This document shows, in pieces, positions 1 to 7,979 of a DNA stretch of 64,000 nucleotides; within the stretch, counting starts at the first letter, position 1, and each line of letters opens with the position of its first letter. The position numbers and the translations under genes were made by a program. Source of the stretch: Longimicrobiales bacterium. Its GTDB lineage: Bacteria; Gemmatimonadota; Gemmatimonadetes; Longimicrobiales; Gaopeijiaceae. Below the pieces are notes generated by a model. The model worked only from the letters and a program-made list of their open reading frames with translations. It was not told where the DNA came from and ran no database searches. The DNA lies in assembly GCA_963664435.2 (NCBI GenBank), contig CAXXKM010000001.1:704001-768000 (forward strand), in the 5' to 3' direction.

Positions 1-683
1 TGGAGGAGACGGTCCGCAAGCGGAAGATCAAGCTCACCGAGGAGCAGATCCAGGTACTGGAGCGCTTCGACCCCGAGTTCCGCGAGCGCCACATCGAAGT
101 CCATGCCACGGGGGAGCTTGTGGCCGTGGACACCTCCTTCGCGGGCACCCTCAAGGGCGTCGGCAAGGTCTACATCCAGACCGTGCTCGACTGTTTCAGC
201 CGCCACGTCCGGGCCCCGCTCTACACCTCGAAGATGCCCGTGACCGCCGTCCAGATCCTGAACAACCACGTGCTGCCCTTCTTCGAGAAGCACGACGTGA
301 AGATCCGGACCATCCTGAGCGACAACGGGCGCGAGTACTGCGGCCGGCCGGACAAGCACCCCTACGAGCTCTTCCTGCAGCTGGAGGACATCGAGCACCG
401 GACCACCAAGGTGGGGAGGCCCCAGTCCAACGGCTTCATCGAGCGGTTCCACCGCACCCCTCTCGAAGAGCATCTCGGGATCAAGGGGCGGACGACCTGG
501 TACGAGACCGTCGAGGAGATGCAGAGGGACCTGGACGTGTATCTTGAGACCTACAACCAGCGGCGACCGCACCAGGGCCGCGGCATGGAGGGACGCACGC
601 CCTACGCGGTCTTCAAGGCCGGGATCGCCCGGAAGCGCACCCGCAAACCCTCGGCCAGGAAGGAGGTGAAGAAAGCAGCGTAG
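1..683 (+). mobile_element. IS481-family transposase, 5' end cut by the window edge
   Basis: Frame is open from the window start; rve/DDE motifs VDT...SDNGREY...PQSNGFIERF and YNQRRPHQG. Confidence 0.85.
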
Positions 684-1003
684 GACCTGACCTCGGTGAG
701 GCCGGGTGTCAGGCGATTACCGTGCGGAGTACCCGAGTCGCGAATCTCGGCAAGGAATCTACTAAGTTGAACTGGGACTGCACGATCTGCGTTTCTTGCC
801 GTCGGGCCGTGGGGGCTTCTACCGTGCGCGAAGTGCGGGAACATCGCCATCAAATGGCGGGAACCCGCGGGGGCACGCCGCCTGATCCATCGACCCGGCC
901 GATGGCAACAGCCTGTAGCGAGCCTCATCCTCGATGTCCCTCGTCTGGCGCCGCGTGTTGGGATGACAACTGTTCGTGTACGATGCTCCACGTCCATACG
1001 TAC

Positions 1004-1705
1004 CTATCTGATAGGACAACCCACACTCCTGAACCAATTGCCAACTACGACATCTGTCGTTCGGCAGAATACTTGCACCAAGTCCAGCATAGCTGTCACA
1101 TCCAGTGGCGTACTACTTGCGCCAATGTTTCCGTGAGCAATCTGGTTCCTCTGTTCGACCACGTTGTTGACCATGTTGATGCACGGTCGACAATCCGCGC
1201 GAAGCTGACGTTCGAGATCACCCTTGTAGTCTCGGTAACCGAATCGCGCAACGAACTTCTGGATTTCCCGGAAGCGCGGTGTTGAGAAGCCCGCGACCAC
1301 GCGTTCGAACGGCAGCTCCTCCTGGAAACTGTCCTCTCCGCACCAGATGTCTTGGTCTCTTCTAAACATAGTCACGATCTTTTCCGCAATCCTGTCGGGG
1401 TCTTTTGTATCACGAATCTCGTCGATTAAATCCTTGGAACAGAAATACATCAACCGGGGTGACAGTAGGCGCTTAGGGACCCCTTTCTCGACGATTCTAC
1501 AAACGATCACCTCCGCAAGATCCTCCATATAGCCCTCAATGCGACTAGACAGCAACACGACCGCTGCTCGACATAACGCGCGCGCGGTTGGCGCGTTCGC
1601 CAACGGTCCCTTCGCGCGGCTCTCCGCCTTCGCGAGTCGCACTAGTGTTCTGACCTCTTCCACTCCTTTCACGAAGGCAGAGTACGCTTCCGTATATCGT
1701 GCCAT
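1004..1705 (-). CDS. HEPN-domain protein (MAE_28990/RiboL-PSP-like), putative RNase effector
   Basis: RxxxxH motif RNQIAHG; helix AAVVLLSSRIEGYMEDL; start overlaps the DUF262 stop (TGATG). Confidence 0.8.
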   Translation of the reverse strand: MARYTEAYSAFVKGVEEVRTLVRLAKAESRAKGPLANAPTARALCRAAVVLLSSRIEGYMEDLAEVIVCRIVEKGVPKRLLSPRLMYFCSKDLIDEIRDTKDPDRIAEKIVTMFRRDQDIWCGEDSFQEELPFERVVAGFSTPRFREIQKFVARFGYRDYKGDLERQLRADCRPCINMVNNVVEQRNQIAHGNIGASSTPLDVTAMLDLVQVFCRTTDVVVGNWFRSVGCPIR

Positions 1706-2799
1706 CAGAATACCTGTTGAACGAGTCGCTCGTTCCAGATCTCAAAACGCCGCAGCGTCCGGCTCTTGTGGTCGATCGAGCGCCCGATCAAATCCTGAAA
1801 CTCCTCATCTTCGAAGAGACGCGTATACTGACGTCGAAACTCCGATGCTTCACGCTGCACGATAGCCCGAGGCGTCTCAGACATAGTTGTCATGACGAGA
1901 TCCATTAGAGCACGATTCACCACTTGGCGTTTTGCTCCGCGGTCCAAGCGCCGAAAGCAATCTCTCGGCGGGAAAACTATCAGGCACTTGTCGATAGTAT
2001 TCCTCCAAGCCTGTTCAAGTGCATCAAGTCTGTCGTCAGTATAGTGTCTACCCTTTTTCGCAACGTCGTTCAGCCAACGCTTCTGCGGAGTACGATAGCT
2101 ATCAAGGCCTTCTATATGGAACGCGAAGAATCGAAGTATCAACTCTTCGTCACGCAGTCTTTTGTCTGGGCGCGTCCTCCCCAATATATCGAGCCATGGC
2201 TTATGCTCAGACAGCCGCGACAGGAGGTCATTCAATGTGCCACGGTAGATGCAGTTGCGGAGTTCCTGTGCATTCAGTGGCATGGTATTGGTGTTTAGTC
2301 TTTCGAAGACATCAAACTGTATTTCCGGATCAGAATCGTTAGTGATGATTACGGCACGCAGAGTGTGCGTTTCGATTTGACGTTGTAAGCGACGATCTAG
2401 TTCGTGAAACCGCTTACCATTCAATTCCGACACAACCGCGAGCCCAGATAAGGCGAATTGATTGTCCAGGAATCGAAAAATGGAATAAATGCGTTGCTGC
2501 CCGTCTATCACGCTGAGTTCATAATCGTCATTCTGAGAAAAGTAGCAGGGTGGAATCGGAATGTTGAGGAGGATGGACTCGATTAGTAGAGATGCGAGAC
2601 GGTTGGGCCATACGTACCCGCGCTGAAAGCGCGGTCGCTCGCTCAATGGACGAAGGTGCAGCGTCTTGGCCTCTATCTCGCCCATCAGGGACCGAACATT
2701 AAGGTCGTACGGTTGAGTGAATAGCTTGCGATCGCGGACGGGTAACGCATCGGGATCGGGTTCGTACTTGGCCCGTTCGTCTTCGTACAGTGTCGTCAT
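1705..2799 (-). CDS. DUF262 (ParB/Srx-like, GmrS-type) domain protein
   Basis: PRFQRGYVW, LIESILLNIPIP, IDGQQR and FERLNT motifs. Confidence 0.9.
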   Translation of the reverse strand: MTTLYEDERAKYEPDPDALPVRDRKLFTQPYDLNVRSLMGEIEAKTLHLRPLSERPRFQRGYVWPNRLASLLIESILLNIPIPPCYFSQNDDYELSVIDGQQRIYSIFRFLDNQFALSGLAVVSELNGKRFHELDRRLQRQIETHTLRAVIITNDSDPEIQFDVFERLNTNTMPLNAQELRNCIYRGTLNDLLSRLSEHKPWLDILGRTRPDKRLRDEELILRFFAFHIEGLDSYRTPQKRWLNDVAKKGRHYTDDRLDALEQAWRNTIDKCLIVFPPRDCFRRLDRGAKRQVVNRALMDLVMTTMSETPRAIVQREASEFRRQYTRLFEDEEFQDLIGRSIDHKSRTLRRFEIWNERLVQQVF

Positions 2800-2829
2800 G
2801 TCATACTCTCCATTGGGATGTCATCTAAC

Positions 2830-3097
2830 GCTACGTAGCAAACGAATTCTACTGAGCGTGGGCCAGCCGTCTCCGCACAGATTCGTTCCGCGAACGCGGC
2901 CGTGAGAGATCCGACCCCGCCCCCTGATCGAGGACGCGGAGGGCTCCGAGTGTGTCCTAGAATAGACTCGCCATGAACCGGCCGATCTGGACCGGCGTCA
3001 TGTACTGGCCCAGCGCGACGCGTCTCTTGGCGTCGAGCGTCAGGGAGGCATCGATGCGGTAGAAATCGGCCGCCTCTGCGAGCGCGACATCCGTCAT
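2830..3097 (-). pseudogene. N-terminal remnant of an Eco57I/PstI-type N6-adenine DNA methyltransferase
   Basis: Manual translation from ATG 3097: MTDVALAEAADFYRIDASLTLDAKRRVALGQYMTPVQIGRFMASLF*DTLGALRVLDQGAG, then frameshift to VGSLTAAFAERIC. Has GQ-x-x-TP and SAM motif I, with a stop and a frameshift. Confidence 0.75.
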
Positions 3098-3697
3098 GTC
3101 GGCTGCATCTGTTGCTACGCGGGTCCACTTGGCAGGTGTCGCTCCTCCACCAGATCATCTCCGTATGGCCTCCCGAGTCGTAGAGTCGCTAACCAACGGC
3201 ATCACCGTAAACATACCGAGGAGCAGCACATCGCGCCGCCTGGCCGACGATTCGCTGGCGTCGAGCAGGTCGCCGCCGATGAGCATTGTGAGATTGGTGA
3301 GTGGATGACGCTACGCTACTTGCGGACCGCGAATACGCTCTCCAACCGCAGATCGCTTCGGGGAGGCACTGTGGTCGGGGTCAGTCGTACCCCGTCGCCT
3401 GATCGTCGGACATGACCGCACGCTGCACAGGCAAGAGCCCGACGTGCACTGCGTCGATCTTGTTCACCGCCACCAGCCGCGAGGGTCGAGGACGCCCCTT
3501 GTCCCCGCGGTTTCGCGGAAGCGTTCCCCTCTCCAGAGCTCGCTCGTACCGGGCTGCGCTCAGGGTCGAGGCAGCAGGTATTCTTGGGAGAACAATCAGC
3601 GCACCAGTCGCAGGGCCATCCCAAATGGCAGAAGAGTTGCCAAGCATGGGGATGCATCGGCGGCTCGGCGGACGTGGCACTCCACCCAGAACGCAAA

Positions 3698-4200
3698 TCA
3701 CGGCACCGCGTCCCGGAGATGGCCCGAAGGCAGGTTTGCGGACCAACTTGGACGGCAGCGAGTTCCCTCCCCGGAGGCCACCAAGTCCTCGGACAAATCC
3801 CGACCTGCGGCGAATGCCCCGAGAAGCAGCCGAATCGACCCCGCAGCCTTCGCGGCCAGAGCGATACGATTCGACACCGCGCGACCGGAACGGAGTCCGA
3901 AGACCTGGGCTTCCAGAGAGACCTCGGGACGATGGATCGGTTGCAGATCCACCGCCGCGGCCCTCCTGATGTAGAGGGTGGCGCCGGTCGCCTCCTGGTC
4001 GCTCTTGAAGCCGCGGACGGTGCCTTGGGCGGATCCGTCGTGCCCGGAAATCATGTCGGCCCACCTGCGCGCGGCGGCCTCGGAGCGCCGCAGAGTGGGC
4101 GTCCCGCACTACCGATACGAGTGGGATGTCCACCTAGCCGCGGCGGCCGGCGGTGCGAGCTCGGTTCGGCTGCGAGGGCCCGTGCGCGGCAGCTCCGCCG
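3698..4200 (-). pseudogene. Degraded Cre-like tyrosine recombinase
   Basis: Fragments ELPRTGPRSRTE / VDIPLVSVVRDA / LRRSEAAARRWAD...DGSAQGTVRGFKSDQEATGATLYI across shifted frames; parallels the 46545-47060 remnant and the 6895-7878 gene. Confidence 0.65.
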
Positions 4201-4479
4201 AGCCTGAGCCACTCTATGATGAGACCCATCCGAACGCGGCCGTCCTTGTCCGTAGCCTCCTGTAGTGCCCTCGCATGGTGGGGACCGCCTTGGTTTCGAC
4301 ACCTCGTGCCGCATCGCGGTGGGTTGGCATGTGAGCACTGTGGCCTCCTCCGTCGGAGGTCGTTCCGCTCCAGCGATTCCTCGCAGGACGGCTTTCGAGC
4401 GACGGCGAACGCGGCGGACCATTGAATCCCCCCCCATTGACTCCACGAGAGCCATCTCCATCTTCTTGCCGCGATCAGG

Positions 4480-5901
4480 ATGTCCCCTCTTGCTGGTATA
4501 CCCAACTTGACCACCGCTATCGAACACCTTCGCTCGACTCTGCGCGGGGCGCTGAAGGCGGCCTCGTTCGACTTGGGTCGCACCATCATCAGCTATCGCG
4601 GAGGCAGCACGACGACGTACGGGGAGTGCGTTGATGACATCATTTCGCCCGGGGACCTGCGGGAGATCTACGAGCGGGCGACGTGGCACGACGATTTATG
4701 GCCCAAAGCCAGAATGGCCCGTGTTCGCATCCCTGCGGTGTTGAAAACCGACTTGGCCGACAGCCTGCGCGCGGTCCTGGGAGCTTACGTCGATCCTGCG
4801 TCGGACTGTGTTGGGCACGCTCTTCCAGTGCCTGGATCTCGTAGAGGTGCATCCAGAGCATTGCCCAACGATCTGTTCGTTCAGGCCGCGGTGTCCTCAA
4901 TAGGACGATTCAGTGAGGCGCTGACAAAGGACGCCGCGATCCTCGGAGTCGACCACGTTGCCAATCTCCTTGCGGATTGGATTCGAGGCGAGCCGCTGAG
5001 GTATCGCACCTGTCGGGTTGCGGCGCTGAGTCTCGATCGGCCGCTGAGCCCAATATGCGGCATCGACATCATTCCGTTGCCGCTGTCTTCGGATGCGCTG
5101 CCGAGAGGACTGCCCTCGCGGAGCGGCATCTTGCCTGAAGCGTATCTGGGGCAGTCTGTCGTCCAAGTCGAGAGCCACGCAACGCCCGCTCTGTTCCATC
5201 CCGATGTACCCGACCTCGGCCGTGTCGTCACCGGGCAGCTGTCTCCGGGCGTCAGCTTCGACACCATCTGGGCGGCTCTTTCGCTGGAATGCGACGCCCA
5301 CATCGCTCAGGGATTCGGCTGGAGCGACCACGGAGACCTGTCCGCAATCGCGACCGACGGGATGACTTCGGGGAGGCCCAGCTATCTGAGCTTTTCCGGT
5401 CAACGATTGACGATGGAGGAAACGGGCATCACCAGCTTGGAACGTTCCGGCGGTGCGGTGCGGTCCCCGTCAGAGACGAAGATCGCCGACCTACTTTCGG
5501 CGCTTGAGAAGACGGACGCCCGCACACGACTTTCGACCGCGCGCTGGAAGAAGTCGATGCTGCCTCTCGGGGATCTACCCGACCGATTCATAGACCTCCG
5601 CATCGCGCTCGAAGCGCTCATGTTGCCAGACGGGACAAACCAGCAATTGAGCTACACGGTTGCAGTTCGTGGGGCTTGGTTCATGGGCGAGGACGCCGCT
5701 ACCCGGCGCAAGGCGTGGAAGACGTTGCGCGATGCGTACGGCGTCGCTTCCAACCTCGTCCACGGGGGTAAGGTGAAACCGGGCTACGAGGACTTGCTCG
5801 AAGACGCTCGTAGCCTTTGCCGAAAGGGAATACTGCGCATACTCGAGGAGGGCCAAGTGAGAGATTGGGACGGTCTCATTCTGGATGCGCCAGACGAGTA
5901 G
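4480..5901 (+). CDS. Protein with C-terminal ApeA-like HEPN domain
   Basis: DRFIDLRIALEAL...LSYTVAVRGAW...LRDAYGVASNLVHGG; the canonical Arg of RxxxxH is replaced by Ala. Confidence 0.65.
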   Translation: MSPLAGIPNLTTAIEHLRSTLRGALKAASFDLGRTIISYRGGSTTTYGECVDDIISPGDLREIYERATWHDDLWPKARMARVRIPAVLKTDLADSLRAVLGAYVDPASDCVGHALPVPGSRRGASRALPNDLFVQAAVSSIGRFSEALTKDAAILGVDHVANLLADWIRGEPLRYRTCRVAALSLDRPLSPICGIDIIPLPLSSDALPRGLPSRSGILPEAYLGQSVVQVESHATPALFHPDVPDLGRVVTGQLSPGVSFDTIWAALSLECDAHIAQGFGWSDHGDLSAIATDGMTSGRPSYLSFSGQRLTMEETGITSLERSGGAVRSPSETKIADLLSALEKTDARTRLSTARWKKSMLPLGDLPDRFIDLRIALEALMLPDGTNQQLSYTVAVRGAWFMGEDAATRRKAWKTLRDAYGVASNLVHGGKVKPGYEDLLEDARSLCRKGILRILEEGQVRDWDGLILDAPDE

Positions 5902-6714
5902 CAGCCGGCGCCCCGACCCTAATCTTGGGCCACGGCAGCCCACGCGGGAGTCCTACCGTTGGAACAGATGCTACGCGGGAGTAGTGGCTTCCGCTCAGGC
6001 GTCGGCGTCACCGCACCAGCTCAGCGGGTTGTCGGACGCCTCCATCCGATGAACGCAGCTCCGCCGATACGTGGGTGGATGACACCACATTCGACCGATT
6101 CTGGCTGACCGTCTTCGTGGAGGCTTGTCGGGTTCTCGCCCACATCCACATCACGCCCTCCGTCCACGCCGCTAAACGACGCCCGCCGCAACGCATCCTG
6201 ACGGGTCTCCCGCTCCGGGCCGTCGTCCCGTCTGGTTCCCATTCTCCGCTCCTATTCTTCCACCCTTCTCGTCTCGACTCCCTCCAAGTTGTACCCTGCG
6301 GAACCGGAACCAAATGGCAGAATGAGGCCGGGGATGTTCCGGATGAGCAGTAGCGCTCACACTCGGCTGCTTCACAGGGGCCTTCCCCAACATGGAGCGA
6401 CCAGGGATCCGTCGGTGGGCTGGTTGCGCCCTGTCCGTGCTTCCGCCCGGATGAGTCGCCTCCATCCCGCCACGATGCGGGTGCTGCCCGTGCAGCGGGC
6501 ATGCTCCTTGCAAAAGTGTGAGCGAGCCCGGCAGGCTGAAGGCGATTCCAGCCCGTCGGTCGAGCGCAGGTTCCCGAACGAACGCGTCGACCATTACCGG
6601 GTCTCAGTAGGGACAGCGACTGGACGGGTCCAGTGATTCGACATTGGCCCCAAAGACGCTCTCAGACGGGAGAGGACGCCCAAATGGGCGATGTTCTCAG
6701 CGATTCTCCGGTCC

Positions 6715-6752
6715 GTTTTGCGCACGATAACTGGATTTATCGCGCGCTACGG
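6715..6752. repeat. lox-like recombination site A (palindromic arms, asymmetric 6-bp spacer CTGGAT)
   Basis: GTTTTGCGCACGATAA-CTGGAT-TTATCGCGCGC; 32/33 identical to the reverse complement of site B. Confidence 0.85.
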
Positions 6753-6894
6753 CTATGTAATCGTTTCGTTGTCACGCGGTTACGAGCTTAAGCGACCGCG
6801 GTCTCCCGCGCAACGGTCGGAGAGAGAGGGCCGGGAGCAGCGGTCATGCCGACCGTTGGCCGTATGTTCCTGAACCCCGACGACAAGGCGATCT

Positions 6895-7878
6895 TCAGCG
6901 CTGCTGCCTCGCGGCCAATTGTGCCGCGCCGCTACGTCGCGCCAGCAATCGCTCGCCGTAGCGTTGGACCATCCGCGCACTCTTCCAACGCCCGGCCTGC
7001 AGGATCGCCGGCAACTCGATTCCGCAGGCAATCATGTCTTGAACCGGCCCCACGCGCGTGCTGTGCCCCGCCAGAGCGTCCACAGTGTCGGCGGGAATCC
7101 CGGCACGCAGGGCCATTGACTTGTAGATGCGGGGCACTTGACTCGGAGGGAGCTGCTCGCCCACAGAGCCGTCCTTGCGCACCGAACGGAACAACCGCCC
7201 ATCGGCGATTCCGCTGCGGCCAAGCCAGACCTTGACGATGCTCACCGTGTCGCGCGCGAGAAAGAGCATGGCGCCTGCCCCTTCGGGATCCGTCTTGCTC
7301 GTTCGCACGAGCAGCGTTGCGGAACCATCGGCTTCCTCCGCCAGATCCGACACGTCCAGCGACACCAGTTCGGATCGGCGCAACAGCGTGTCGTAGGCCA
7401 CGGCCAGCAGGGCGCGATTCCGCGCGTCGATCAGCCGCCGTCCCGCGGCCTTGATCAGTCGGTTCCGGAGCGGCCAAGTGAGCCCCGTCACCTGAGTTTG
7501 TCTGCGTCCCCGGTTCCGGTACATCCGCTGGAGGGCCAGCTTCACGGCCGTGCTGTCCGCCGGGTTCGGTAGGCGTAGCGTCTTGTGGAGCGTCGCGATG
7601 CTGGATACGTAGCGGCGCACGGTGGCCGGAGCCCTGCTGCTGCCCATGTCGTCGATGAAGGCGATCAAGGTGTTGGCGCTCGCGGGCGCGGCCACCATGC
7701 CGTCCTGCTGGCACCAGGCCAGGAATACCCGCAGGTCGGCCCTCAGCGCCCGCTCCGTGTTCCGGCTGAAGGCGCTGTTAACCGTCTCGAAGAAGCCCGC
7801 TAACTGCTCCGCCACGTCCGCGTCTGATTCTGCGCCGGTCAAGGAATCTATGTGTGGTTTCGTGTCTGCATCTGGCAT
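6895..7878 (-). CDS. Cre-like tyrosine recombinase (SAM-like N-domain plus catalytic domain)
   Basis: All catalytic residues present: LLRRSEL (R), SKTD (K), HSTR (HxxR), GRW (W), QRY (Y); GGAGG RBS precedes ATG 7878. Confidence 0.92.
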   Translation of the reverse strand: MPDADTKPHIDSLTGAESDADVAEQLAGFFETVNSAFSRNTERALRADLRVFLAWCQQDGMVAAPASANTLIAFIDDMGSSRAPATVRRYVSSIATLHKTLRLPNPADSTAVKLALQRMYRNRGRRQTQVTGLTWPLRNRLIKAAGRRLIDARNRALLAVAYDTLLRRSELVSLDVSDLAEEADGSATLLVRTSKTDPEGAGAMLFLARDTVSIVKVWLGRSGIADGRLFRSVRKDGSVGEQLPPSQVPRIYKSMALRAGIPADTVDALAGHSTRVGPVQDMIACGIELPAILQAGRWKSARMVQRYGERLLARRSGAAQLAARQQR

Positions 7879-7912
7879 CGAGTGGCCTCCGGTTCGGTCG
7901 CAAGGACCGCGC

Positions 7913-7950
7913 GTTTTGCGCGCGATAAATCCAGTTATCGCGCGCAAAAC
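7913..7950. repeat. lox-like recombination site B (perfect 16-bp arms, spacer ATCCAG)
   Basis: GTTTTGCGCGCGATAA-ATCCAG-TTATCGCGCGCAAAAC; spacer inverted relative to site A. Confidence 0.9.
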
Positions 7951-7979
7951 TCCCTGCGAAACAGGAGGCGAACTCGAGA

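Noticed and set aside
690..1000. Possible gene remnant between IS481 and the HEPN gene
   Set aside because: No coherent motif in any frame
5902..6700. Several short ORFs left of lox-like site A
   Set aside because: No recognisable motifs or convincing RBS; cannot support an alternative target gene for the switch
6895..7947. Longer start for the recombinase given in the ORF track
   Set aside because: It begins inside site B; ATG 7878 has a GGAGG RBS and is preferred
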